A stretch of 64,000 nt of DNA, from the NCBI RefSeq assembly GCF_009914755.1, contig NC_060929.1, one strand, 5' to 3'. The position numbers and the translations under genes were made by a program. Every line of letters begins with the position of its first letter. The first letter of the stretch is position 1. A model generated the notes under the pieces. The model saw only the letters and a program-made list of their open reading frames with translations. It searched no databases and was not told where the DNA came from. Source of the DNA: the human T2T-CHM13v2.0 reference genome, Homo sapiens. Positions 12,848 to 32,155 of the stretch are shown here, piece after piece.

Positions 12848-14544
12848 TCATTAGTACTGAAAACCAAATGTGGGCATTTTGACACTCAATTACTGAGTTT
12901 ATTTTTGGAAGTTGGTTGGTGTTGCATATTACAGACAATCCTGAATAAGTTGAGGAGATAGGGCTATATCCAAAGATCCAAAGTGTCCTGGATTATCAAT
13001 TAATTTCACATAAAAAATATGCCTTCAGCGCTATGAATCCAAACCTAGTATATATACAGTTGTTTGGACTGGAAAGCAAACATACCAGTAAGTGGGGGAA
13101 AATAAGATGTCCATATTCACTTAAGTATTTCATCTGTTTTATAAAGATACTCAGAGGTATTTATGTTTGCTGTCTCTTTTTCCTCTTTAGTAAGCCATTT
13201 TTAAAAATTGGCTAATGCTACTTTTCATCCAACTTAAAAGCATAATAGAGATTGGCAAACAGTGAAATTGAGGTGATTTTTATGCTTGGGATGACTTAAA
13301 AATCATTATACTAGAGGAGTAGTTTAGTATTGCCTGGCTTGTGATAAATGTTACCATGCAATAAAAATCCTGAAATCTCTGTATTATCCTTAGCTTTATG
13401 GGTTCAATGCATATGGAAATGCAAATACTCAAATTACAAGCAATAGAACTTCAAAGCTCAATTGAACATCTGTGTCTTTCCTTTGGTAAAACTTGGTGAT
13501 GGGCAAGAGACAAAACTTTGGTTTTATAAATATCCTTGACTATCTTCACAATGGAAGAATCCCCAAAAAGCAAAACAAGCATATATGCTATATTATTGAT
13601 ATCATATAGAAATTCTGTGACCTGCTGGATGAACATCTTACACACATTCACATACACACACAAACACACACACACGTAGCACTTTGGGGATAATATGTCC
13701 TACTCGTTTGTATTTTGGAATCTATTTTTTGGTCATTGTCCTTTTCAGCAGAATTTTTTTAACATTAGCTGCATCTATCACCCCTTTTTAGACCACTCTG
13801 ATTATAGATTTCACTGGGGGCAGGGTAGGATATAAGAAGAACAACAACAATAGTATTTTAAAGTGAGAATTTAGTATAACACAAAGAGTCTTAACTAGGG
13901 CAGAGGCATCAGATTAGAAGGCTCTGCCATTAGAAAGCAAACTTGAAAATAAATGCAAGAGAAAGACCATAACACCTGAGACAAATCAAAATGAGCTGGT
14001 GAGGAGACATTGAACCATATGTAAAATCAGTCCTCGTTTCTCCTTTATCATTAGGTTAGTCCTTAAAACTAGGTATAGAGTCTGAATACAGTTCCATTCA
14101 AGTGTTCATTCCATATCTATTAAATATCTAAAACGTCTGAAGCAAGGGAGTAGTGGGTGTAGGAAATAAAAAGAGTTACTTTTATGCAGTAGACAGTCTT
14201 GTTGGAAAGACAAGACGTTAAACACACATAACTCAGTATGCATTGAAACTATGTGGAAGATAGTAGATGGTTAGGTGCCAAAACAAATATTAGAAAGTGA
14301 ACAGTAAAGGAGGTGAGTGAGAGGAGTTACACATGTAGATAAGAGAAGACAATAGAATTAGAACAAGATTTTGTAAAATGTGGTTCAGAAGTAGGCATAT
14401 GATTAGTGCATGTCTTTCTAAGTGGCAAGTCCAGCAAAGCCATGGTATTAAGGCAGTAAGAGTATCCAGGGCACAATATACTTTTGGCTAATATTAAAGA
14501 ATGAGGCATGTTTGGGAGTTTCAGAAATAAGACAAAACAGAAAT

Positions 14545-14650
14545 ACTTATCATTTATTGAGTATTACTATATATCAGACATTTTACATATTGTCTTAGTA
14601 ACATAATGGTTTAAATACTATCATCACCATTTTATAGAAAGAAAAACACA
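14545..14650 (-). mobile_element. MIR fragment
   Basis: 'catttattgagtattactatatatcagaca...catcaccattttatagaaagaaaaac'. Confidence 0.6.
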
Positions 14651-16119
14651 AAAAACAAAGAGATTTGAGTCAAACTAAAGAGACTCTCAGAAAAGCAACA
14701 ATGCTATATATTCTGTGTGTGTAAGTGAGAGAAAATCTGCAGCAGGAAATCCAGAGAGCTAAGAATTGGGAAGGTAGGGATAATATACATTTTGTGAATT
14801 AAATTTCATTTTTCACAGGCCACTGACCTTTTTTAAAAAGCTAATCTGTAAAGTGAATTAAAGAATGTCAGTCCAAGAAAATTCTTAGCTTCAGTGGAAT
14901 AAATTCACAGTATTAACACTGAATGGTGAGAAAGCAAAATTGCTTCTCTTTGAGGTAATGACAGATGTCATCGGATACAATTTTTAAAAGATTTCATCTA
15001 TCATGAAGATGCAAAACTCTGCTATACAGATTCTGCTATCATTAACTAAATAGGTATTGTACCCAAAAAAGTCACTTAACTATCCTCAGAGATAAAATGG
15101 GAGAAGTACAGAGGACATAAGAACAGTTTGACAAACCTTACAGAAGATAATAAAACTTAGCCATTCTTTTCTTGTTTTCTCTAAGTTTGCAGAGCTCCTG
15201 CATCCATCAATTTTCTCTTTCCCTGCCTCCCTCCCACCGTCCATCCGTCTCTCTGTCCGTCCCTCTGTCCTTCCGTCCTTTTTTTTTCCCTTATGATGAT
15301 TTGGATACTGATAAATATATCATAGAAAGTATGAGAACACAATAATTATTCAGTTATTAAAAGTATAAAACCTGGTAAGGATCTGAAGCAGATGAAGGTG
15401 GATCTTAATCTGAAGAACATGTAATTCATACCTGAGGTTTTAATTTTTTAAGTGTATTAGTGAGCAAATGCAAACATTGGGAACAGGGTAGTTTACTTGG
15501 CTGTTCTAGTGACTAGGGCAAAGAAATAGAAATAGCTTTTCTAAAATTTGAATAAGTGATATAGGATCTGTGGTTTTAGGGCACTGTTTTTGAAATCTGA
15601 CAAGTTTCACTTACGGGTATGCTGAAGAGATGAGTCATGGTGTTACATAACGACATAAGGTGGAAGAAATTCACAATCTCACATCAGTACATAGATCTTA
15701 GAAAAAGTAGGTAGTAGGATGTCAAACTCAAATAAAAAGATTTCATCTGGATCATCAACTTCTTTATATAAGTTGTCTGTCATTTGACAGCTGTCAGCAG
15801 CATCTTTTGGTAGCTATTAAAATATTTTTAATGTAAACGCAAAAAGTTTTCTTTCTAGGTTATAGTCTTTTCAATTTGTAAAATATATTTTTTCAGTTTC
15901 CAGAAATGTCTATAATATATCAAGGAATACAGGGAAAATAAATCAATATTTAGAATATAGAATATAAATTTCTGATTTATCAGCGTATCTCCAGAATAAT
16001 ATTGGTAACATGAGATTAATTGAGCAATTTTTATTTTAAATATGCAACATGTTTAGGTTGAGGAATAATAAACTATAGAATTTGTGAGTTTAAAGGGTTG
16101 AATGTGGTAGAGTAGGAAA

Positions 16120-20430
<4,311 letters not shown>

Positions 20431-20698
20431 ATAGAACATTGGCAATTTCATGTGTTAAATCTGTACAAACATTTCATTCAATATATTCACAGAAATATCT
20501 TGAAGATATAGGGCAGGATGTGTATTTAGGATATTGCTTTTAAATTACTTTGTTAAACTTGTATTAATTCATTCAGTTGTTCCACATATGTTACTGAGTG
20601 TCTACCATGTGTCAGGAATTCCACTGTGAAAGCTTTTTTGCATTGTTTATTATTATTTTTTCCTTAATGTAAGTCTATTTTTTAAAAGCTTAGTATGC

Positions 20699-20790
20699 CA
20701 CTAGAAGCCCAACTGCCACTATTATGCATGTAATACCCATTTGACAAACAAGCACATGTACCCTCTGGATCTAAAATTTAAAACAAGAAA
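20699..20790 (+). mobile_element. Tiny 5'-truncated L1PB/L1MA 3'-end insertion
   Basis: 'ctagaagccca...aaacaagcacatgtaccctctggatctaaaat' flanked by TSD cttagtatgc (20689-20698 and 20791-20800). Confidence 0.8.
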
Positions 20791-20894
20791 CTTAGTATGC
20801 AAAAAAGTTTTACTTAATTTAGCATTTCAGTTAACTGTAAAGTAGCCAGTCAAAAAATATTTGTTTATTTTTTCGAGGTTTTAAAAAATTTAAC

Positions 20895-23800
20895 TTTTTT
20901 ATTTCAATAGGTTTTTGGGGAACAATTGGTGCTTGGTTACACGAATAGGTTCTTTCGTGGTGATTTCTGAGATTATGGTGCACCCATCACCCAAGCAGTG
21001 TACACTGTACCCAATGTGTAGTCTTTTATCCCTTGCCACCCTCCACCTTTTCCCCCAAGTCCCTAAAGTCCAATGTATCATTCTTACACCTTTGCGTCTT
21101 CATAGCTTAGCTCCCACATATGAATGAGATCATACAATGGTTGGTTTTTCATTCCTGAGTTACTTCACTTAGACTAATAGTCTCCAATTCCATGCAGGTT
21201 GCTTCGAAAGCCATCATCTCATTCCTTTTTATGGCTGAGTAGTTGTCCATGGTGTCTGTATATATCATTTTCTTTGTCTGCTCGTTGATGGATGGATATT
21301 TAGGCTGGTTCCATATTTTTGCAATTGCAAATTGTGCTGCTATAAACATGCATATGCAAGTAGCTTTTTCGTATAATGACTTCTTTTCCTCTGTGTAGAT
21401 ACCTAGTAGTGAGATTGCAGGATCGAATGGGGTAGATCTACTTTTAGTACTTTAAGGAGTCTCCAAACTGTTTTCCATTGTCGTTGTACTAGTTCATATC
21501 CCACCAAGACTGTAAAAGTATTCCCCTTCACCATGTCCAGGACAACATCTGTTATTTTTTTGATTTTTTGATTATGGCCATTCTTGCAGGAGTGAGGTGG
21601 TATTACATTGTGGTTTTGATTTCCATTTCCCTGATAATTAGTAATGTTCAGCATTTTTCCATATGCTTGCTGTCCATTTGTATATCTTCTTTTGAGATCT
21701 GTCTATTCATGTCCTCAGCCCACTTTTTGATGGGATTGTTTTTTTCTGGCTGATTTGTTTGAGTTCTTTGTAGATTCTGAATATTAGTCCTTTGTTAGCT
21801 GTATAGATTGTGAAGATTTTCTCCAACTCTGTGGGTTGTCTATCGAGTCTGCTGATTATTTCCTTTGCTGTGCAGAATCTTTTTAGTTTAATTAAGTCCC
21901 ATCTATTTATCTTTGTTTTTGTTCCATTTGCTTTTGGGTTTTGGGTCATGAAGTCTTTGCCTAAGTGAATGTCTAGAAGGGTTTTTTTCCAACATTATCT
22001 ACTAGTATCTTTATGGTTTCAGGCCTTAGATTTAGGCCTTTGATCCATCTTGAGTTGATTTTTGTATAAGGTGAGAGGTGAGGATCCAGTTTCATTCTTC
22101 TACATGTGGCTTGCCAATTATCCCAGCACCATTTGCTGAATAAGTTGTCCTTTCCCCACTTCATGTTTCTGTTTGCTTTGTTGAAGATCAGTTGGCTGTA
22201 AGTATTTGCCTTTATTTCTGGGTTTACTATTCTGTTCAATTGGTCTATGTAACTATTTTTATACAAGTACCATGCTGTTTTGGTGTCTATGGCCTTATAG
22301 TATAGTTTGAAGTCAGGTAATGCGGTGCCTCTAGATTTGTTCTTTTTGCTTAGTCTTGCTTTGGCTGTGCAGGCTCTTTTTTGATTCCATAGGAATTTTA
22401 GGACTCTTTTTTCTAGTTCTGTGAGGAATGATGGTGGTATTTTAATGGGAACTGCATTGAATTTGTAGATTGCTTTTGGCAGTATTGTCATTTTCACAAT
22501 ATTCTACTTATCCGTGAGCATGGATGTGTTTTAATTTGTTTGTGTCACCTATGATTCTTTCAGCAGTGTTTTGTAGTTCTCCTTGCAGAGATCTTTCCCA
22601 TCCTTGGTTAGGCATATTTCTAAGTATTTTATTTTTCATTTTTGCAGCTATTGTAAAAGGTGTTGAGTTCCTGATTTGATTCTCAACTTGGTCACTGTCA
22701 GTGTATAGCAGAACTACTGATTTGTGTACATTAATTTTGTATCCTAAAACTTTGTTGAATTCATTTACTAATTCTCAGAGCTTTTTGGATGAGTCTTTGG
22801 GGTGTTCTAGGTATACAATCATATCATCAGCAACGGTAACAGTTTGACTTCCTCTTTACTGATTTGAATTACCTTTAGTTATTTCTCTTGTCTGATTGCT
22901 ATGGCTAGGACTTCCAGTACTATGTTGAATAGAAGTAGTGGAAGTGGGCATCCTTGTCTTGTTCCAGTTCTCAGGGCGAATGCTTTCAACTTTTCCCCAT
23001 TCAGTATAATGTTGGCTGTGGGTACTTCATAGATGGCTTTTATTACCTTAAGGTATATCCCTTCTATGCTAATTTTGCTGCGAGTTTTAATCATAAAGCG
23101 ATGCTGGATTTTGTCAAATGCTTTTTCTGCATCTATTGGGATGATCATGTTATTTTTGTTTTTAATTGTTTATGTGGTGTATTACATTTATTGACTTATG
23201 TATGTAACCATCCCTGAATCTCTGATATGAAACCCACTTGGTCATGGTGGATTATATTTTTGAAATGCTTCTGGATTTGGTTCACTAGTATTTTGTTGAG
23301 GATTTTTGCATCAGGGATATTGGTCTGTAGTTTTCTTTTTTGTTATGTCCTTCCCTGGTATTGGTATTAGGGTGATACTTCATGGAATGATTTAGGGAGG
23401 ATTTCCTCTTTCTCTGTCTTTGGAATAGTGTCAATAAGATTGGTAGTAATTCTTCTTTGAATGTCTGGTAGAATTCAGCTGTGAATCCATCTTGTCCTTG
23501 ACTTTGTTTTTTTTGTTTTTTTTTTTTTTTTTGGTTGGCAATTTTTTTTTATTACCATTTCAATCTCGCTGCTTGTTATTGGTCTGTTCAGAGATTCTAT
23601 ATCTTCCTGGTTTAATCTAGGAGGGTTGTCTATTTCCAGGAATTTATCCATCTTCTCTAGGTTTTCTAGTTTATGCGTGTAAAGGTGTTCATGGTAGCCT
23701 TGAATGATCTTTTGTATTTCTGTGGTATCAGTTGTAATATCTCTCGTTTCATTTCTCATTGAGCTTATCTGGATCTTCTCTCTTTTTGTTAATCTCACTA

Positions 23801-24090
23801 ATCATGTATCAATTTTATTTATCTTTTCAAAGAACCAGCTTTATGTTTTATCTTTTGTATTTTTTTGTTTCAGTTTCATTTAGTTCTGCTCTGATCTTCA
23901 TTATTTCTCTTCTTCTGCTAGGTTTAGGTTTGGATTGTTCTTGTTTCTCTAGTTCCATGAGGTGTGACCTTAGATTGTCTATTTGTGCTCTTTCATACTT
24001 TTTGATGTAGGCATTTAATGCTATGAACTTGCCTCTTAGCACTGCTTTTGTTCTATCCCAGAGGTTTTGATAGGTTCTGTCACTATTATT
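20895..24090 (-). mobile_element. L1PB (L1PB1-like), 5'-truncated, ~3.2 kb, disrupted ORF2 plus 3' UTR
   Basis: Minus-strand ORF pieces give L1 ORF2 peptides ([44 protein letters not shown]); L1PB 3' UTR 'tttcaataggtttttggggaaca...gtggtgatttctgagat'. Confidence 0.95.
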
Positions 24091-25930
24091 AATTTAGCAT
24101 TTCAGTTAATTGTAAAATAGTAAAAAAATTAGAATAAGTAGAAAGATTTAAATAGTGGCCTTTATAATGATCAGTTTATTCTTTTATTCTCTCAGTATAT
24201 TCTGTGTGACACTCCTTGACAAGCTAGAATACAATTTTGAAAAGGTGTGGTTCTATGACAGTTAAGCCACCTAAGACAATATTTGTGAAACTGTATGTGC
24301 AAGTCAAGAGAAAGGAATCAGACCAAAGCATTTTGTCCTCGGGCTTAATAAAAGCATTTAGTGTTAATTGACTTAAACATTAGAGTCTTTAAGTACATCA
24401 CTAATATTTAAAGTATTATCAGAAGAGGACATTACATTTGAAAACTTACTGCCCAACCTAATCACCCTCTCCAATGAACTTATATAACAATAGCAACAAC
24501 AACAACAGCAACAGGAAGCTGTCTAACTTGTTCTCTGTGTTTCTAGGAAATTGTATCAGCCTAATTATGGATCTTCACCTTCATGAGTCCTGGAGAAAAC
24601 CATTCAAAAGCCTTTACATCTAGATAATATCACTCAAGAAACACGTTCAGGTTATCTTAATATTGAAAGTCAGGTGTCTCACAGCAACGAAAGCTAACGA
24701 ATGTGACATCAGTCACTGTAATAACTTTAGAATGAATTATTAATCAGAACATTTGTAAATATTCAGAAAACAAAGTGATGGTTATTTGGAGGCAGCAGTG
24801 TGGTGCCACTAAAACCAAGCAATACAGACTAATTTTGTTTCCTTCCCTAAATTGTCTAGTTGAGGGTGATTAATAAAACATAGAGAATGTCTAGATTTTA
24901 GCAAGGTTTTTGTAAATGTCTCAAACCCCATTCATGTTTATAAGATGAAGGAATGAGGTTTTAGTGAAGTAAGGCCATAGTACACAGAACAAACAGGACC
25001 TATGAGATGAAATCAGAAAGCATCTCTCTTTTTGTCTCTCACTGGCCTTTTTAGACTTGATCCAAGAGAGCAGTATTTTCACAGTCCTAGATGAAAACCT
25101 GGGCAGCTCCCTGGCTTTTCTGAACCATTTTAGACAGCTAAATATTTTACTGCCTCTTTAAGCTACAAATATATTCATTAAAAATTAAATATATGTTCAC
25201 ATAATAATACAACTTCTATATATGTTTCAGATTAGTTAAATTAATCTTCCTTCACCTCACCAGAGTACTTTAGGTGGAAAACTGAGGAAAGAACATGGTC
25301 CTTCTCTCTTCTACCTCATTTTGCAGTTTGGGACATCCTTAAGGTCATAGAAGAAAGAGGAATGATACATCAAAGGGCAAGAAAATTCTTACTTGCCTAC
25401 TATGTCCTAAGATGGCTTCACAGTCTGGCAGGTGTTGAAAGCTGAGTCTTTTTATCAAAGCTTGTGTGGATTGTCTGTAGGCCTGCAATGTAAACAAACA
25501 TGTGCATTTTTTAGGCAATGTATATTAATTACCTCAGTTGGGCCAATCCCCCCTCAGTCTTTGATTTTCTTGTTTGTTTTAAGTACTGCAGTTCACCCAG
25601 GGTCTCATTATTGGAAAATTGAGAAATCATTGTACCTTCAGGCATTCTTATTGTGAATGCTTTAAATGGCTCCATGCCTTATATCTATCTCTGCCCATTC
25701 CCCAGCCCCCAATCTGTCTCTCCAGGTACACATCTGGCTATAGGTACACATTGTTTGCTCTGACAAACTATACAGGAAAATTGGCAAATTCTAGACCAAT
25801 GGTATCCCCTCCTTTGTTTTGCCACCAGGTAAGCAGCACATTTCCAGTCTTCTATATTTCTCAGGCAGCAGACTTCCTAACTGCAGTGACTTCTAACATG
25901 CTTAGTCCCGTTAAACCTTTTCTCTTTTGA

Positions 25931-26346
<416 letters not shown>

Positions 26347-26999
26347 TTACTTTCAATGTTAAGGTAACTTGAATGTTTTTCTTAAGTGGTATTATCAGGA
26401 TGTAAAGGCTTTTCAATGGCTTTCTCAAAGATTATTTAAGATAAAAATCAATGATTAAGTTGGCAAATTTTTCATAGAAATTATCTCTATCTTCTTTTGA
26501 CCGCTTTTTATGAATTGAAAGATTTTTAAAAGTTAAATATTTTTAAAATGCCAGATTCTAATTTTATCTCTTCTCTGTCTTTGTGCCTCAGTTGAAGTCC
26601 CCAATTTAACATCCTGATACAGTATGTAGTCAGCTCTACTACCACAGGCAGAGCCCTCATCAACAGACCCAGTTCTATCTGGAAGTAGTCTCTGACGGCA
26701 TGCCATGGATAACTATCCTTTCAACATTCTAAACAGATAATAGGGATGAAGATTGTAAATGCTTATTTATCAAAAGTTGAGATATTAAACAAAGTTACAT
26801 AGCTAATTTCTAAAACTAATGAGATAAAATTTAATAAAAACGTGTATAGTCATACATTTAGGTACAGTAAAACACATTCACAGGGATAATAGAAGAGGAG
26901 ATATGTCTGGTGGCAGTGAGTCAAGATGAATCTCCAGCATCTCTATCAAAGCATAGGGTCTACATTTGACAGATTACTGTAGGATAATGTCTGGTGTTA

Positions 27000-27493
27000 G
27001 ACTCTTCACGTTTCCATTGAAATAAATATTACTCAAGTGGCATACAAAAGAAAGGGAATTTATGTCTGTAATAACAGAAAAGTCCAAGGACCTGCTCCGT
27101 TCTCGACTGGATCTAGAAGCTGTTAGAGATGTGCCCTTGTCTATGGGTCAGCTCTTCTTTCCTTTGTAGTATATCATTTCTTAGATAAAATCAATAGAAA
27201 GGCAAAATAGTCGCCAATAACTTTAACTTTATATCTGTGGTTTAGCAATATGGATAGAAAGCAAGATTTCTTTCCCCATTAGTCTCCATTTCAGTCTCAG
27301 GTGGGCTCAGAAAAGTCCAATTAGAGAGCATGTGCTTGTCTCTCAGCCAACGGCTGTGGCCAGTGGTGGGGTTCAACTTCATCTGAGTCATCTGAACTCA
27401 AGGTTGACTTAAAGGAGCAGCAAACAAAAGGAATTCCAGATTTTGTTACCAGGAAAGAATGTTAGGCAGGCAGAAATTCAGTTATCTACTACA
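27000..27493 (-). mobile_element. MLT1K/L-like MaLR LTR
   Basis: 'actcaagtggcatacaaaagaaagggaatttat...aacagaaaagtccaagg' ... 'aggaaagaatgttaggcaggcag...tatctactaca'. Confidence 0.6.
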
Positions 27494-28944
27494 TAAGAAC
27501 ACAATTTTTTAAAGAATGTTGACAAGATATACTGAATTCAGTGAACTATGGATAGATGGAATTAGAAAAGATTTGTAAACCATGTCATATAAAAAATTAG
27601 GGAAAATTAGTCATGTTTTGCTTGAACAAGAAAAGAATGAGACAAGGGCTAAGGCAGTAAATGAGGGTTAATTTTATGCGTTATATGAACCAGGACACAA
27701 AGTAGAGATTGATTGTTCTTATTTGTCTATAGAAAGCAAAACTTAGAGTAGGGGTTGGAATTTGCATCAAAATTGATTTCTATATTAATTGATTTTATAA
27801 TAATGTGTGGCAATGTCAACCAATTGAAAAAAAGATTTATGGTCTCACAGGCTATATATCTTCTGTCATTAGTAGTACTCAATATAATACTTCATGTATT
27901 TAGTCCAAGAAGTATAAGGCCAAGATTGTAGTAATGATAAACTCTCATTTATTATTCAAAATGGTAGCGTATGAAAAAGAATTGGACCATCCTCCCTGTC
28001 CAACTTTGCCTGTCTTAGCTACATTTATGAATAGTAATAATACTACATTCAAATACAGGAGTATATATTTTCTTGCAGATGTTATTTTTGCACTAAAATT
28101 ATGTGCATTGCTCTAGCTTTTAATATTTTCTGCCCTATAACAAACAATATTGAAAATTCAACTTAGCTGTTCTGAGGTCACATTTTCTTCACTTTATAAT
28201 TTTATAGTTATACTTTTTCCTCACTTAGAAAATAAACAAAAATTCCAGAAGGCATATTAAATAATGAAAGTTTTTCTAGTGGTATTAGAAATTAATTTGC
28301 TAAGCAGAATTGTAAGTGGGATGAACTATGTTCACCCTATTCAGTAGGCATGACTAATGTTCACTTATTAGCCTCTTCTGTTGTTCTAATTATCTCTTTA
28401 TGGGTCGTTATTCACTAATTTGACTTGCGGAGGAGTTCTGAGTGTAGGAGGCCAGGGATAGGTCTGCAAATACAAACTCGGTGTTCTTTAAGAGTCTTAA
28501 AAATTAAAAGCAATCTTGTTTATCTGTGTGCCAAGAATCCTACTCTAACAGAAAAAAAAATCTCAGAAATCCATAGTATTTTTCTGTGACAGCTAAGAAA
28601 ATAAATTATTTCTTTTTATGTTGACAATACACAAACACACAGATACATACACATATTTTTTGAAAGCTAAAAGAAGGGAGTACTTTAATAAAAATAGGAT
28701 GCAGAAATAAAGGAAGGAAAGAACATTAAGACTTTACCTGGACTAGAACTAGAAGGTCACCAGGATCTGTGCTATCCAGGAGGAATATATCTTTTACAGG
28801 TATATGTTTATATACATAATATATTAATATGCATATTTCTTTCACAAGTATTGGCAATGATTTCAGAGGAAACTGAAATTGATATATCATAGTAGATATG
28901 CCAGTAATGGCATTTGCCAAACTCATAATCCCATCCAAGCAGCT

Positions 28945-29480
28945 GTGTGTTTACCATATAAATCTAGTTTCACATGCCACACCTTTAATAAATCTAAGGT
29001 TAAACCCCACACCCAAGAAAAGCAAATCTATACCTTGCTTTTGACCTATGATGAGGCTTTTTTGCATTAGCCCACATTTATTGGATCCATCAAATTTCCT
29101 CTTCTGGAAATTTGAACTGGAGAAGAGTAGAAAACCTTAACTTGAAAAATATTCTAATGTGGGCTTCATGAGAGATTGCAGCAAATTGAAGTTATAAGGT
29201 AGGAAGGATAAGGCAAATCAGCGGAAATTCAGAAAACATGAAGTGAAATAAATTTACAGATAAGACAGTAAGAATCATCTATGGTGAGAGTCAAAAAAGC
29301 CAGAAAGATACCACGGAGAAAGATAGATTGGGAAGTTCATCCTTGGAATTGTCTGAAATTCTAAAGACATTCTAGTTCCAGTTCAAGCAAATGTCCACCA
29401 TTTTCTCCTTTCTCCTTGTCCTATCATTTAACTTAAATTTCTCATTCTTAATACTCAAAAACAGTTCTGAACTTAACAAG
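28945..29480 (+). mobile_element. Very old ERVL/MaLR-type LTR relic
   Basis: 'ggatccatcaaatttcctcttctggaaatttgaactggaga' motif typical of MLT1M/N- and LTR16-group LTRs. Confidence 0.4.
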
Positions 29481-29484
29481 AGTC

Positions 29485-29595
29485 AGCATAAAAAAATGGT
29501 TAAGAGAAAAAAAGAGTTTAAAGTGCAGTTCTGTTATTTACTAACTGTGTGATCTCAAGCAAGTTACTTAATGATCGGTGTCTCAGTATCTCTCC
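29485..29595 (+). mobile_element. MIR 5' part (continues at ~32000)
   Basis: 'atggttaagag...tttactaactgtgtgatctcaagcaagttacttaat...tctcagtatctc'. Confidence 0.7.
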
Positions 29596-29650
29596 CATTT
29601 CTTCTTAAGTCAAATTTATTGAGCTATAATTTACATAAAATAAAATACAG

Positions 29651-29975
29651 TGCTGGTCATGGTAGCTCACGCCTGTAATCTCGGGCACTTTGGGAAGACC
29701 AGGCAGGCAGATCACTTGAGCCCAGGAGTTCAAGACCAGCCTGGGAAACATGGCAAAACCCAGTCTCCACAAAAAATACAAAAATTAGCCAGGCGTGGTG
29801 GCACACACATGTAGTCCCAGCTCCTCGGTTGGCTGAGGTGGGAGGAACACCTGAGCCTTGGAGGTCTCCTTGGGAAGTCAAGGCTACACTGAGCGATGAT
29901 CATGCCACTGCACTTTAGCTTGGGTGACACAGCACGAAACCCTTTCTCAAAAATAAATAAAAATAAAAATAAATA
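29651..29975 (+). mobile_element. AluJ with a small internal tandem duplication in the right arm
   Basis: 'cacttgagcccaggagttcaagaccagcctgggaaacatggcaaaac'; extra 'ccttggaggtct ccttgggaagtc'. Confidence 0.92.
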
Positions 29976-30473
29976 AAATATGCCTATTTGAAGTGAATAA
30001 TTAGATGAGTTTGAAGTGTATACATCCATTTAATCACCACTACAATCAAGGACTTTCTCAAGTCTCTATTCAGTTCCATTATTCTTTATATCTACATCAA
30101 TACCACACTTTCTTAATTAGTATAGCTTTTAAGTCTTCAAAATAAGACAAATCCTTTAACTATGTTTTTCCTTTGAAAGATTATTTTAGTTATTCTAGGT
30201 CCTTTTTGTTTTCATATATATTTTAAAATAAGTTGGTTTATTTCCCCAAAATCTATCTGCAATTATAATAGGGTCTGAGTTCACTCTGTAGTTCAATTTG
30301 GGGTGAATTGGCATCTTAACAATATTATAGATTCTTCCAAGCAATGAACATGGATTTAGTCTACTTTAACTTCTCTCAGCAATAGTTTGTCAGTTTTCAG
30401 AGCTTAGGTATTGCACGTGTTTCGTTAAATTTATTTTCATGTATTTCAAGGTTTTGGTGCTATTTTAAAATAA

Positions 30474-30826
<353 letters not shown>

Positions 30827-31555
30827 ACAATTGACTTCTTTGGTAGATTTACTTGTATTTTTTGATATTGCTAAATTTACTTGTTAATTTTGATACATTT
30901 TTATTTTTAATATCCCTTAGTATGTTCTATATACATGACCAATTTTTCTTATCATATTGTAGTTGCTGCAGTTCCAATACAAGGTTGAATGAAACAGGTA
31001 AGAATAGACCACGTTTATTATTATGAAAAGGTGTTGAATTTTTCGTATATGTTTTCTACAGTTAAGATGATAATGTAACTTTTGTTTTTGATTTGTTAAT
31101 ATGGTAAATTATATTGTTTGCCTTTGTTCATGTTTACTCAAACTTAAATTCCTGGGTTAAAGCCCTGTTGGTCACAATATGTTATTCTTTTTATATATTG
31201 CTAGATTTTTTTTTTTTTTGCAATGTTCTGTTAAAGACTTTTGTGTTTTAGTTAATGAAAGATGTTTGTTCGTCCTTTACTTTTTTGTGATATCTTTCCC
31301 TTATTTTGGTGTCAAGGTAATTCTGGCTTCATAAAATTAGCCGAGCAGTGTTTCTTCTCACTCTATTTGCTAAAAGGACTTGTGATATTTTGGTGTCAAT
31401 TGGTACATTTTATCCTTAAATATTGAATTGACAGGTATAGTTCTCTGGACCTAGAGTGTTTTGTTTTCTTTGTGGGCAGGTTTTTTATTGTGATGTCAAT
31501 ATCCCTAATAGACATTTGACTATTTTCATTTCTTCTTGTACCAGTTTTATCTGTG

Positions 31556-31991
31556 TGTTATGGTTTATCTCCACCAAACTCATGTTGAAATTTGATCCCC
31601 AGTGGGGTGATGTTGAAAGGTGAGGCCTAAGGGGAGAGGTGTGGGTTCTGGGATTGGATCTTTTATCAGTGACTTGGTGATGTTCTCTCTGTAGTGAATG
31701 AGTCTTGCTCTCATGAGGCTGGATTCGTTCTCATAGGAATAGAGTAGTTCCTGAGAGACTGGGTTTTTAGAAAGCCAGGACGTCCCTCAGGTTTGCCTCC
31801 ATTGGCATGTGTCTATGTCCCCTTTGACCTTCTTCACCATATTGCGAGGCAGTGCAAAAACCCTCACTGGAAGCCAGGGTCATGCCCTTGAACTTCTCAG
31901 CCTTCAGAACCTTGAGTTAAATAAACCTCTTTCTTTATAAATTACCCAGTCTCAGATGTTCTTTTATAGCAAGACAAAATAGACGAAGACA
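31556..31991 (+). mobile_element. MSTB-type MaLR solo LTR, complete
   Basis: 'tgttatggtt...ccaaactcatgttgaaatttgatcccca' ... 'aaataaacctct...gacgaagaca'; TSD ctgtg/atgtg. Confidence 0.88.
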
Positions 31992-31999
31992 ATGTGTGA

Positions 32000-32155
32000 A
32001 TCCATTTCTCAATTCATAAGTGAATTGAGGTTATAATAATAATATACTCCTCATAAAGCTGTTGTGAAGATCACATGAGTTCATACATTATAAAAACTTA
32101 AAGGAGGATAGGGCATAGGGTAAACACACCCATGGGCAAATGTTAGCTATTAAAA
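32000..32155 (+). mobile_element. MIR 3' part
   Basis: 'ataataataatatactcctcataaagctgttgtgaagatcacatgagtt...aaatgttagctatt'. Confidence 0.7.

Noticed and set aside
21149-24042. Minus-strand ORFs of 64-174 aa with reverse-transcriptase-like peptides
   Set aside because: Fragments of L1PB ORF2 broken by stops and frameshifts in a 5'-truncated element; not a gene and not an active L1.
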